A DNA stretch of 63,962 nt, counting the filler, from Octopus bimaculoides (Eukaryota): assembly GCF_001194135.2 (NCBI RefSeq). It is 6 parts of 5 records of this genome, joined end to end, with 100 filler letters (N's around TTAATTAATTAA, not from the genome) between each part and the next. Parts side by side here need not be neighbours in the genome. Positions count along the whole stretch, not along the records: positions 1 to 21,013 come from NC_069010.1; positions 21,114 to 40,295 come from NC_068986.1; 4 more parts are not named here. One strand, given 5' to 3'. The number at the start of each line of letters is the position of its first letter. Position 1 is the first letter of the stretch. The position numbers and the translations under genes are program-made. The notes below the pieces were generated by a model. It worked only from the letters and a program-made list of their open reading frames with translations. It was not told the origin of the DNA and made no database searches. Positions 10,196-22,648 of this stretch are shown in pieces.

Positions 10196-12277
10196 TCCAC
10201 GCTCAACACCACCACCACCACCACCACNNNNNNNNNNNNNNNNNNNNNNNNNNNNNNNNNNNNNNNNNNNNNNNNNNNNNNNNNNNNNNNNNNNNNNNNN
10301 NNNNNNNNNNNNNNNNNNNNNNNNNNNNNNNNNNNNNNNNNNNNNNNNNNNNNNNNNNNNNNNNNNNNNNNNNNNNNNNNNNNNNNNNNNNNNNNNNNNN
10401 NNNNNNNNNNNNNNNNNNNNNNNNNNNNNNNNNNNNNNNNNNNNNNNNNNNNNNNNNNNNNNNNNNNNNNNNNNNNNNNNNNNNNNNNNNNNNNNNNNNN
10501 NNNNNNNNNNNNNNNNNNNNNNNNNNNNNNNNNNNNNNNNNNNNNNNNNNNNNNNNNNNNNNNNNNNNNNNNNNNNNNNNNNNNNNNNNNNNNNNNNNNN
10601 NNNNNNNNNNNNNNNNNNNNNNNNNNNNNNNNNNNNNNNNNNNNNNNNNNNNNNNNNNNNNNNNNNNNNNNNNNNNNNNNNNNNNNNNNNNNNNNNNNNN
10701 NNNNNNNNNNNNNNNNNNNNNNNNNNNNNNNNNNNNNNNNNNNNNNNNNNNNNNNNNNNNNNNNNNNNNNNNNNNNNNNNNNNNNNNNNNNNNNNNNNNN
10801 NNNNNNNNNNNNNNNNNNNNNNNNNNNNNNNNNNNNNNNNNNNNNNNNNNNNNNNNNNNNNNNNNNNNNNNNNNNNNNNNNNNNNNNNNNNNNNNNNNNN
10901 NNNNNNNNNNNNNNNNNNNNNNNNNNNNNNNNNNNNNNNNNNNNNNNNNNNNNNNNNNNNNNNNNNNNNNNNNNNNNNNNNNNNNNNNNNNNNNNNNNNN
11001 NNNNNNNNNNNNNNNNNNNNNNNNNNNNNNNNNNNNNNNNNNNNNNNNNNNNNNNNNNNNNNNNNNNNNNNNNNNNNNNNNNNNNNNNNNNNNNNNNNNN
11101 NNNNNNNNNNNNNNNNNNNNNNNNNNNNNNNNNNNNNNNNNNNNNNNNNNNNNNNNNNNNNNNNNNNNNNNNNNNAAAATTTCCACACTCTTTTGAATAT
11201 TTAAAAATCAGTTTAAAATATGGACATTTTGAATTTTTTTTCTTAAATCCCAACAATGAACCATCCTTGGGTGCATCGTCATTCCAGTAAAATGTGCTTA
11301 TGGGGAGAAAAATATTGATAAACATTAATACATGTCAGCATGACTAAGAAACGAGGAAGGTATTGGGTGGTCGTGGGATGTGCTAAAGACAACAGTTAAA
11401 TCACCCTTAAATCTTGCAAAGCAGTTTTTCTTGTTTTTCATAGTTGTATGAATCCCCATGTATAGAACACAAACGTGCAAAAATTTTCTGAACGTTTCAA
11501 AAAAAGTAATGACGTTATGATGGGTGATATGGGGTGTTTAAACCAGAATTTCACTAAAATATTTTTTCCAACTGAACGTCCTCACTGTTGCTAAACCATG
11601 TGCCATAGCATCAATTCAGTCCTGGGAGACAAGAGCACCCGACTAGACGTTCAATATTGGTAGACCTCCACAGCAAGCCTGCCATCCCCATACAGGAAGA
11701 CTTCAATGGAGATACTGTCAAGACCCAGTGCATTTTAAGAATTAATTTCTTTAATTGTTTCTTGGTCTCATTGATAGTGGGATGGTCCATCTCTCAAGGA
11801 TACCCTTTCTGGGCAGATAATTGATGTTTGTATCAATAACAGAGGTAATTAATATACAAGATTTGTGAAGTGTTCAGCCCAACATTTCATGATACCCTCA
11901 TGTTCCTTAAAGAGAAAGGAACCGTCTTCAGACTTTAGGGGTGCCACAGATGAAGATTGGTAACTGAATACATGTCTCATTAAGTAATATAATATAATGT
12001 TTTCATGTTTTTACTGTTGTAAGCCTTCTGAATTTTTTTATTATTTTGCTTCGAAAAGCCACACAGCCATTCAGTTTTGATTTGCGATTTTTTGCGTTGA
12101 AGTTATGATATTTTACTCCTCTGAGAGATTGCAGTAACGACTTTTGATCTTTATCTTATGCGTTCAGATATTTTTGGAGTAGCATGCTTTTATCGTGAAG
12201 AAGTTTAGTGATCGGCAGATCATTTTAAGGAAAATGATCTGCAGATGTTTTCTTTTTCTGAGACCAAGAACATCAAC

Positions 12278-12925
12278 TCCGACACTGTGAACAAGATGGT
12301 GAAACCATATGGCATATTACCAGTCAACGTACGCCACTAGCCCAGAAAGGATATAGAGGACGGACATTTTGCAACAAGTATGGACTTGACAGAGCAAAAA
12401 AGTAGTACGAACATAAACCCAAAGGTATCATCGAAAATTATAATGCAAAGATCCTGTGGGATTTTATGATTCAGTGCGACCATGAGATAGATAATAAGAA
12501 ACCAGTTAATTGAGAAAGAAAGCAAACGATGCTGGATCATAGATATAACATGTCCAGCGGACAACAAGGCATGCGATAAGGAAGAAAGAAAGTCGAAAGA
12601 TATGACAGGTTAGCTTGGGAAGTTAAGCAGTTGTGGTCGATGAAAAAGGTGGTAGTAGTACCAATAATTGTTGGAGTCCTGGAAACTGAGTAAAAATCTC
12701 GACAAGTACGTGGAACAAATAGAGGCTGCAATAAGGGTAGAACACTTGGAGAAAACAGCACTGCTTGGAACCGCTCGAATACTTCGGATGGTGCTCGAAA
12801 AATAAGGGGTGTTACCTTACTTCACTGGTAGTGAACGGCTGGCGCCGTAGTACATCTCCAGTGTGAGAAGTTGTGCAAAGAAAATAAATAAATTAATTAA
12901 TAATAGTAATAATAAAAATAATAAA
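12278..12925 (+). mobile_element. 5'-truncated R4/Dong-like non-LTR retrotransposon (CCHC knuckle, restriction-like endonuclease, TAA-rich tail)
   Basis: Broken frames RHCEQDGETIWHITS, KILWDFMIQCDHEI, CWIIDITCP, VVVVPIIVG, LEKTALLGTARILRMVLEK* (stop at 12803-12805), then an (AAT)-rich tail. Confidence 0.75.
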
Positions 12926-13830
12926 TTTGCCCTGATGCAGTACCAGGTACTGGCGTTCATAGCTCCTGATCTTAACTGATTGGAAGTGTTATCATGTATG
13001 CGTTTTGTCTTGGTATAAACGATGGGCTACAGCAAATATTCTGCTCAATACCACAAGTTTGCTTGTCAGTTGTTTGAACTCAGCCAGTTGAGCATGTCTC
13101 TTAGCGGCTGACGATATGCGCATCTCTAACCACGAGCAGAAGTAGTTGGGGAGCATCATAACCATACGTTGAGAGGAATTCTTTGGGGTTTAGATAATTC
13201 ACCTTTGTAAACATTAGTGTTTTGCTCAACATCCTTAAACAACCCATATTCAAGGACCTTTTGAGCGGTTGGGGAACAGACTCATCGAAAGCCTGCGCAA
13301 GTCGATCAACACTGACAGTTACCAGTCTCCTCTGAATGTTCAAAGCCATATACTTTGGTTTAGCTTCTAACACACGATATGGGCTGGAACAAACAGCTTG
13401 CAAGGGTGCTTCGCAGTATACAAATACGTTGCGTACGAATATGTGAGTCCATGTACTGATATTGGGTTCTACAAAGGTTAACCGACGGCGTTATCTTTAT
13501 TAACACAGGTAAATCCGCCATGTAATTTCGCAGCTGATGAATATAGTTCGTCGCATCATGTTGTTAAGTAGCTATAGCTAATATAATTCGACCAGAGAGT
13601 TTAAGTGCAAAAACATACAGTAATTCTGCCGAGAAGTAAACTAGGTCTTCCCTAACGGCGGTATGTAAATCTATTAACACGATCGGTAGAGCTTCTAACT
13701 ATTTATCGGAATCAGATAGGTAGTTACCGTAAGCTGCCGATCAAAACGTTTTATCATTCCGTTAGGTATGGAGGTGATAAGCTGTAGTACGAATTCGACA
13801 CTTATTGCCGGTCATTATTGTCATAGTAAT
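12926..13830 (-). mobile_element. Ty3/Gypsy integrase relic (catalytic core and GPY/F module) with downstream non-coding segment
   Basis: Frameshifted RIRTTAYH..NGMIKRFDRQL, EALPIVLIDLHTAVREDL, SSPYRVLEAKPKY...VTVSVDRL. Confidence 0.75.
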
Positions 13831-14134
13831 GTACCAGTTGACATATTTTGGAAACGTAAACAGAACATAATGCCAGGACTTCAAAAATTGTATTACCAGG
13901 AAAATAGTTGAAGTTTCTCTTAGAAAAGGAAACAACACGGAACAGATACGATATACATACAAAGGTTGGAATGAAAGAAAGAATCGTTTAAAAAAAAAAA
14001 AAAAAAAAAAAAGGCATGGATGCGACGCTTACAAATGACGGTTTTTATGACATACATTTATCAATGAGGTTCAGAAAAAGACAAAACTAAACGTTTGAAC
14101 TTGCATCTATCTATCTATCTACCAACCTACCTAC

Positions 14135-14167
<33 letters not shown>

Positions 14168-14960
14168 ACTTTCTCTAATATCATAACCCTCTCTCATTCT
14201 ATCTCTCTCTCTCTCTCTCTCGTATTTTCTGTTTCAAATATTTTACTGATTCCACTATTCTCGTTTCTTTGTTTCCCTTTGTCCCTCTACTTTGACTCTC
14301 TCTATATATTTCTCCATTCAAGCTTTTAGCTTCTGATGACGTAGGCGTAACATACGGATAAATGAGACAAGAACAAGCATAATAATAATAATCCTTTCTG
14401 CTACAGGTACAAGGCCTGAAATTTGGGGGAGGGGACTAATCGATTACATCGACCCCAGTGTTTCACTGGTACTTAATTTATCGACCTCGAAAGGATAAAA
14501 GGCAAAGTCGACCTCAGCGGAAGGTGAAACCACCAATAATAATGAAAATGATAGTGATAATAACAATAATAATTGTTGCCCATTAAGTTGAAGGGCTCAA
14601 AGTGATGCCATGAAATTGAAGGAACGTTGAGCGGGAGGATTACATAGACGTGTGGGCTGGGGTAAACGTTTCATATAAACGCGAGGGGAAGGTGTGCAAG
14701 ACGTTATGCAAAATACAGTTTGAAGAGTGTAGAAGTGATCACTTATTACTTGATGTTTCTGATAATAAAAGTTTTGGAATCTTTTGATAACAGAGCATTG
14801 GGTAAATGGAAGACTGCAAATTCTTTGAAACTGGAAAAAAGTTGGAGAGAGCTGTAACATAGGTTAATACAGGTTAAAATGCATTTGAAGTAATAGACTG
14901 TTGTTCATAAAGCTTAACACAAAACAAAATGTATAATGGGTTAGAAATCTTTTCGCTTAC

Positions 14961-15081
14961 CTTACAAACAACCATTGTTTGTACGTATGATTGCATCCCG
15001 GTAAGGAAGATAAAATTAGTGGCAGCCAAAGAAGAGCCCAAGCTTACTAAAACCTTTGAACTCATTAAATCCCATAGGTTT
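14961..15081 (-). CDS. Isolated exon resembling adhesion GPCR (ADGRG/secretin-class 7TM) TM2-ECL1-start of TM3
   Basis: Minus-strand ttttttcag acceptor and AAG|GTAAGC donor; phase 2/0 open frame NLWDLMSSKVLVSLGSSLAATNFIFLTGMQSYVQTMVVCK. Family call is pattern recognition only; no partner exons found. Confidence 0.6.
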
Positions 15082-16334
15082 CTGAAAAAATGGGAAAAAA
15101 ACAAAAACATTAATATTTCATTTATTGAAACAAACTCTAAAAAATCACTCAATGTATAAATAATGAATACCCAAATTATGAATTCAGTTATGTAATAACA
15201 TGAAATTAGCTACCCGATAGTAAGAATTCGAATAAAGTAGCCCCGAAAAGGGCTTCAATGCGTTTCCAGTGTACATAGAACTTAGGAGGAAATACTAATA
15301 AGATATGTATACTAAAATCGTGAAGCATGTTACGTAATAACAGGCTAATCAGATATGAGATGATAATTCAATTGAATGTAAATAACTCTAAAAAAGGCTT
15401 TTGTGCGTGCCCAGAGAATATTACCCTCAGCAGCGCTAATGTTGGTATATTCATGAATAAGTCACTAAACGAAGTAAGTGGATCTATTGTTTAGGAAAAT
15501 ACTATTTCCTTGTTTAAGGGTTGTACTGGATAAATTGGGAAAATAAATCTAACTGTTCAAATACTAAGAAATATGCATACTCAAATTGATTTATACCAAA
15601 CGACTTGGGAAAATGAATGGGTTATTTCCCTTGGATGTTGTTAGCTGGGCGCATGGGTTATTTCCCTTGGCTGTCAAAATGAAATATATCAATATATATA
15701 TAATAATACAAAGAATATATATACATGTATACACACATATATGTACATACTTACATCTACATGTGTATATATATGCATATCAAGGTACAGGACGTTAGAA
15801 CAATGAACTACAGACAACGGAACGAACACATAGGAAAACGGAAAGCCACTTGGAATATTCCTTCATCAGCTGTCTCTATTCTAACCTGACGTTTCGAAGA
15901 TAAGACAGAACGTACTCTAGAATAGTCTCTTCCTGAGTAGTGGATCAACCCACTACACAGAGGATTCCAAAAGGTCCTTTCCGGGGTCCTATTTTCTATT
16001 TTTTCAATAATATGAGTATGCCCATTAAGTTTCCAGATGTGAGTCCTACTAACGTGTCAAATTTCATCAAAATCGATAAAACGATATGTAGGAGGAGTTT
16101 GATAACAGCCCCATGAACACACCCGCAGACAGAATTTTCCACATTATATATAAATATATATATACGTGTGTGTGTTAGAGTATATAAATGTATATGAATG
16201 CAGGAATGTATATATATATATATATATGGGAGAATATACAAATAATAACAACAGACGAGGACAGGTGGTGTAAATAACAAAAGTATATATTAATATATAT
16301 AAAACATACATAACTATATATATATGCATATATA

Positions 16335-16352
16335 TATATATATATGTATGTA

Positions 16353-16403
<51 letters not shown>

Positions 16404-16800
16404 GTATGTATTTGTGTGTCTGTGTTCATCCCCCACCATCGCTTGACAACCGAGGTTGGCATGTTTAGTCCCCGTAACTTAGCATTTCGGCAAACAGAAC
16501 GATAGAATATGTACTAGGTTTTCTAAGAATACGTCCTGGGGTCGATTTGTCCAACTAAAGGTGGTACTGCAGCATGGCCGCAGTTAAATCACTGAAAGAA
16601 GTAAAATAGACATGTTAACACACACACATTTGCAACGGGCTTCTACACAGTTTCCTATCATGAATTTCACTTTACAAGGTATTGGCTAGCCCGAAATTAT
16701 ATTAGAAACTACTTGCCGAAGGTGATGTGCAGTGAGATTGAACTCGAAATTGCGTCGTTGCAAAGTAAAGATCTCAACCACACAGATACATCTGCATCTG
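16335..16800. mobile_element. SINE family A fragments (3' part +, head -)
   Basis: 16420-16610 matches the family A body; 16625-16800 matches the reverse complement of the head. Confidence 0.65.
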
Positions 16801-17676
16801 TTTATTAATTGTATAATTTTGATGGAGTTATTAATTCAAATAATTAAATAATCCTGGCATTGAGGGACAATTTAATAAGTGTCTATATAGAACAATTGTC
16901 CTGCAGGTGAGTTCACAACATGCTAGATATAACAGCCATTCGACTACAAATTTCATACCAAATTGAAGGACTATTGATGCGTGGTACCTTGTGTAAATAT
17001 CTTCTACTGCAGCTTCAAGCTAACCTCTTTCCGTGCATACCACTATTTTACTGAATCCTTCTGAGATTTGTTTCATTATGTAGTTATAGCAATTTTATAG
17101 TAAATTAGGGGTTTGGGAGAGTATCTGACATTAATTAATTCATTATCAGCCACTAGAACTTAACTGTCAATTCCCAGTGGTTATAATTCTTAGTGGGCGA
17201 AGTATACTAGCTGCATTAGAACTTTTGATGCTGATAAGGAGATAGATAAATATTGCAGCTATATTACCATCGAGTGACTCCCATTGTTATTCTCTTCTGC
17301 CACTCGAAATTACAGTTGGGATATTTTCTCCCAAAGATTATTCTGCTACAATGATAGCAGCACGCATGTAATACTTTTATTGCCTGGTTCTGATAAAGTA
17401 TTTGCTAAAAAAAATATTACAATGGAGTATCCTGTATGTTGAAAACCTATATAGTTTTGTGGTATCTGAAAAAGGCATTGTATTTCATATTGATGTAATG
17501 CATGCCTTGTTCGATTAAATGGAGCCGCCTGAAAGGGCCGTAATGCGCCAATCCTGGACATACATATTACTTATTTGCTTTTTATTCAGTTAATTTTGAA
17601 CTGTGCGGACAATACTGGACTGACATGATGCCTCAACTTAAGTACCTAATTCAACTGAATCTTAATTATTTATATA

Positions 17677-17712
<36 letters not shown>

Positions 17713-17964
17713 TTGCAAGATTTTTGATGTGAAATCGTGTGTTGAAACAGATGTTGTTGTACTTGGGGATGGTTATATTGCCAGTTTAGCCAATAAATGG
17801 CTGATAGTTAGCATGGTGAGACACACATAAGAAAGAAGAAAGCAAAGGACCACTGATGAGGTCANNNNNNNNNNNNNNNNNNNNNNNNNNNNNNNNNNNN
17901 NNNNNNNNNNNNNNNNNNNNNNNNNNNNNNNNNNNNNNNNNNNNNNNNNNNNNNNNNNNNNNNN

Positions 17965-18402
17965 GCACCTAGAAAGTTACCCTCCGAGGCACAAGTCCAG
18001 GCAAGGTTGTTTATCGAAGACCAGCAGTCGCCCATGCATACCGGTCTCCCCTCTCCACACCACCATGAGGTGCACCTAAGAGGTTCCCCTCCGGGGTACA
18101 AGTCTGTGTGGAAAGTCGCGTCACTGGTGAACACACAACTTAGGATTGTTTTTATGGAAGACCAGCAATTGCCCATGCATACCAGCGTCCCCTCTCCACA
18201 CCACTGATGTTTTCCAAGGGAAAGGCAAAGGCTGATACAACTCGGCACCAGTGATGTTGCAATTCATTTCTACAGCTGAGTGAACTGGAGGAATGTGAAA
18301 TAAAGTGTCTTGCTCAAGAACACAACACGCAGCCCAGTCTGGAAATCGAACTCACAACCTCACAATCATAAACTCGACGCTCTAACCACTGAGCCATGCA
18401 CC
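17965..18402 (-). mobile_element. SINE family E (tRNA head, GAGCAAGACACTTTATTTCAC core) with an internally duplicated 3' segment
   Basis: Head GCATGGCTCAGTGGTTAGAGCG...GTTCGATTTCC; GAAGACCAGCA..GCCCATGCATACC occurs twice. Confidence 0.8.
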
Positions 18403-18419
18403 TTCACACACACACACAC

Positions 18420-18599
18420 ATATATATACAACAGGCTTCTTTCAGTTTTCATCTACCAAATTCATTCACAAGGCTTTGATCAGCCTGTGGCTTATAGTAG
18501 AAGACACTTGCCCAAGGTACCATGCAAAGAGACTAAAGGAGTGGAACCCAGAACCATGTGATTGGGAAGCATGTACCTTACCACACCACCATACCTGCA

Positions 18600-18642
<43 letters not shown>

Positions 18643-19084
18643 NNNNNNNNNNNNNNNNNNNNNNNNNNNNNNNNNNNNNNNNNNNNNNNNNNNNNNNNNN
18701 NNNNNNNNNNNNNNNNNNNNNNNNNNNNNNNNNNNNNNNNNNNNNNNNNNNNNNNNNNNNNNNNNNNNNNNNNNNNNNNNNNNNNNNNNNNNNNNNNNNN
18801 NNNNNNNNNNNNNNNNNNNNNNNNNNNNNNNNNNNNNNNNNNNNNNNNNNNNNNNNNNNNNNNNNNNNNNNNNNNNNNNNNNNNNNNNNNNNNNNNNNNN
18901 NNNNNNNNNNNNNNNNNNNNNNNNNNNNNNNNNNNNNNNNNNNNNNNNNNNNNNNNNNNNNNNNNNNNNNNNNNNNNNNNNNNNNNNNNNNNNNNNNNNN
19001 NNNNNNNNNNNNNNNNNNNNNNNNNNNNNNNNNNNNNNNNNNNNNNNNNNNNNNNNNNNNNNNNNNNNNNNNNNNNNNNNNNNN

Positions 19085-19131
<47 letters not shown>

Positions 19132-19305
19132 CACACATATATACGACAGGCTTCTTTCAGTTTCTGTCTACCAAATCCACTCAGAAGGCTTTGGTTGGCT
19201 CGAGGCTATAGTAGAAGACACTTGCCCAAGGTGTCACACAATGGGACTGAACTGAACCCAGAACCATGTGGTTGGGAAGCAAGCTGCTTTCCACATAGCC
19301 ATGCG
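18420..19305 (-). mobile_element. Two SINE family A heads flanking a (TA)n tract and gap
   Basis: GGCTTCTTTCAGTTT...GAAGACACTTGCCCAAGG...GAACCATGTG at 18430-18600 and 19140-19305. Confidence 0.75.
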
Positions 19306-19439
19306 TGCATTATATTTTTTTCCAAAGTCTTCCTTTTCATCAACTCAGTTTTTGACTACCATTCCATGTCTCCATTCAAGACAGCATCTTCCCACAATAT
19401 ATTTCTACCATTGAGACACCAGATTTAATTCAAGTAGTT

Positions 19440-20240
19440 GGTCATGGTTGGAACACCTTATATCATAGGTCTCCTAGATCACTACTGACCTTGGGTTTCA
19501 TAACAGCAACAAATACACTATATCTGAATGAAAGGCATGATGGTCACAGCTGGAACGCCTTTGCTCATAGGTCTACTGGATCAAGACTGGGCTAAAAAAA
19601 ACAACAAAGGCTAAAGAAACAGCAAAGTACACATTAGATAATGTAGTCCTAGATGCTCTATGCCTGAATAAAAGACAGGATGGTCACAGCTGGATCAAGA
19701 CTAAATTGGAGCCAAATACTAACAACAACCAAAAAACATTTAGATAGGCGCAGGAGTGGCTGTGTGGTAAGTAGCTTGCTTACCAACCACATGGTCCCCG
19801 GTTCAGTCCCACTGCGTGGCACCTTGGGCAAGTGTCTTCTACTATAGCCTCAGGCCGACCAAAGCCTTGTGAGTGGATTTGGTAGACGGAAACTGAAAGA
19901 AGCCCGTCGTATATGTGTATATATATGTGTGTGTGTTTGTGTGTCTGTGGTTGTCCCCCCAACTTCGCTTGACAACCGATGCTGGTGTGTTTACGTCCCC
20001 GTAACTTAGCGGTTCGGCAAAAAGAGACCAATAGAATAAGTACTAGGCTTACAAAAGAATAAGCCCCGGGGTCGATTTGCTCGACTGACTGAAACAAATA
20101 AAAGAGTAAAAGAGTAAAGAGTAATGTAGTACTAGATACACTGTGTCTGAATAAAAGGCAGGATGGCCACATCTGGAATAGCTCAGGTTATAGATCTATT
20201 TGTCAGATCAGGGCTGACCTGTGGCTAAATAACGACGATA
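19440..20240. repeat. Short tandem-unit repeat family (GGATGGTCACAGCTGGA), split by the SINE at 19747
   Basis: Unit seen at about 19540, 19680 and 20160; related inverted copies at about 6540-6720 and 28760-28890. Confidence 0.5.
19747..20122 (+). mobile_element. Near-full-length tRNA-headed SINE, family A (internal TA/TG microsatellite, AAGAGT-repeat tail)
   Basis: Head GGCGCAGGAGTGGCTGTGTGG...GGTTCAGTCCC; many partial copies in the window. Confidence 0.85.
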
Positions 20241-21013
20241 GTAATTATTTCAATAACTGCAGTGACTCTGATCGGTTCATGTGGAGACTTGTTAAAGACA
20301 TGTTCCATCCAAACAGGACAAAAGCTTTCGATATCTCTACCCCCCCTCACTCACGCACACCACTAAGTGATCATTATAATTGTACTAAAGGACCCCTTCG
20401 TCTCCCCCCTGCTCTGTCGAATCTTGATTTCTGTCTGTACTTGTAGTTGTTGTACAGGTAAATAGGGGGGGGTAGGCCGGAAGTTGCTAGGCGAGGTGGG
20501 GGGGGCTCATTCTCTCCTCCACATCTGTCCCTTCTATCTTTCTGTCTGTCTGTCTCTCTCTCTCAGCCAACGTCTCTTCTTCTCTTTCCCAGTGTGAGTG
20601 AGTATTCTTGGATTCCATACACATACACACAAATACATACATACATACAAATACATACATTCATTCATTCATACACCCACCTACGTACATACATACATAT
20701 CTGGGACTATAAGAATCACCAAGACTCCTTGAGGTATAAAGGTTCTCAGTTAAAACAAATAACTTTCCTTTACAATCTTGCCACCAAATTAGGGGGTCGG
20801 TCAAAATTTAAAGCTAAAAAGAGAAAAAAGAACATATACACACGCACACAAATGTACGTGTGTATATATTATATATGCGATGGCTTTTGGTAGGCAGTAC
20901 GACTTTAAGAATTCTGTAAACACAATATTTTACAAGCTTACAGCTTATTAGCCGATCACCATAACAACAAAAGAAAATAGTCTAATATTGGGATATATAT
21001 ATATATATATATA

Positions 21014-21113
21014 NNNNNNNNNNNNNNNNNNNNNNNNNNNNNNNNNNNNNNNNNNNNTTAATTAATTAANNNNNNNNNNNNNNNNNNNNNNNNNNNNNNN
21101 NNNNNNNNNNNNN
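21014..21113. other. Assembly spacer 44N-TTAATTAATTAA-44N
   Basis: Exactly 100 bp, stops in all six frames. Confidence 0.95.
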
Positions 21114-21278
21114 TCAAAGCAAACTACCTGATGAAGTGCCGGTATACTGCTGCAGTTGGATCATATTCATTTATGTAATAACTTATAAAGTGTTTTATGT
21201 AACGGTACGTAAGTGAAAAATCAGCAATTAACAGCTGGTACCACCGCACAGAAACAATTGATTAATTTTGTTAGTAAT

Positions 21279-21480
21279 CCCTTTTATACCAACCCGCCCC
21301 TAAACGTCCTCTGCTTCTATGATACAAGTTTCATGTTCTAAGTGATTTAAATTAAAACCTTTCAAATTTTCATGATGATTTATGTTCCAAACACCAGGCT
21401 TAGAATGATAGAGTTACTTTACTAAATTCTTTATCATTTTAAAAATTAATTGAAACAAAAACAGTGTATTTCAACAGAAA
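21279..21480. mobile_element. piggyBac-type MITE, right end truncated
   Basis: Begins CCCTTTTATACCA and aligns by eye with 609-828. Confidence 0.6.
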
Positions 21481-21786
21481 CTGTTCGATATTTGGTAGCT
21501 TGAGGTGAATTTCTACTGCATCATCTGTTACACTTCCGTGTTGCTGGAATGCGTGCAGCATTGTGTATTCTTTTTGCTACTGGGAATGTGCGATCTCTTC
21601 CCGGTACTGTATTGTGTTAGTTTGTTTTTTGTTTTTTTTTTTCTCTTGGGGTGTAGTGCAGAATTTTGTTGTGTTACTGCTTGTATTGTGTGCTGAGTGT
21701 GTAATGGGTTGGTGTTCTAGTTTGCTGATAGAAGTCTTACTTCACTGGGTAAATACTCTATAGAGTGTGTATTATTATTATTAATA

Positions 21787-21845
<59 letters not shown>

Positions 21846-22329
21846 GGGTGAGAGAGTAACACATGCCATCAAAGTGAGACTGGGGCACAATTATACGAAG
21901 CTCAATATACCCATCATGATAACCCGTCTGATGAGGGTATACCAGGAACATGCATCTATCATCATCATCATCATCATCATCATCGTCCGGGTTCCAACCC
22001 GGGACACGGCTACAAAGTCTACCCGTTACATTTCTCGTAGGTCTTTGCAATGGCAAGAACTAGTTCTTCTGGATACCAATGGTAAAAAAAAAGGGTTAAA
22101 GCATGTTTATTCCATCTTCTTGGCCATAAATATGTTCTACTCTATTTGTATGTCAGAGTGTTCCATCCTCTGGAGATGAAGTAGATAAGGTGAGCTGCCA
22201 GAACCGTTAGCAGGCCGGAGAAAATGCTTGGCGGCATCTTGCTCGGGAGCATTTTGTTTATCGGCATTTTGAGCGTCTTTACCTCCTGAGTTCAAACTCC
22301 ACCGAATCCCCCTTATATATTCTTTTATT

Positions 22330-22543
22330 CTTTAATTCTTTTGTTTGTTTCAGTTATTTCACTTCGGACCAGCTGGAGCACTGCCTTTTAGTCGAACAAA
22401 TCGACCCCAGGACTTATTCTTCGTAAGCCTAGTACTTATTCTATCGATCTCTTTTGCCGAACCGCTAGGTTACTGGGACGTAGACGCGCCAACATCGGTT
22501 GTCAAGCCATGGTGGAGGGACAAACACAGACCCACAAACATTT

Positions 22544-22614
<71 letters not shown>

Positions 22615-22648
22615 CGACGGGTTTCTTTCAGTTTCTGTCTACCAAATC
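22330..22648 (-). mobile_element. SINE family A running into a gap
   Basis: Reverse complement of the family A tail and body with a (CA)n(TA)n core. Confidence 0.8.

Noticed and set aside
14330-14385. CTGATGA-CGTA...TACG-GATA
   Set aside because: No GAAA and no UH cleavage site.
15860-15950. Hammerhead-like words (CUCAGGA...CGAAACGUC, then CUGAUGA) on the minus strand
   Set aside because: Helix I does not pair and the second core lacks GAAA; at best a decayed Penelope terminal repeat.
16860-17640. Unique-looking sequence with short open frames on both strands
   Set aside because: No recognisable motif or consistent splice chain; may be an old coding relic and is worth a BLASTX.
21129-21240. 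Possible upstream exon for the GPCR-like exon (...VYRHFIR, phase 2)
   Set aside because: Weak GTAGTT donor and not hydrophobic as TM1 should be.
21925-21960. CTGATGAGGGTATACCAGGAAC
   Set aside because: The GAAA core and helices I and III are missing.
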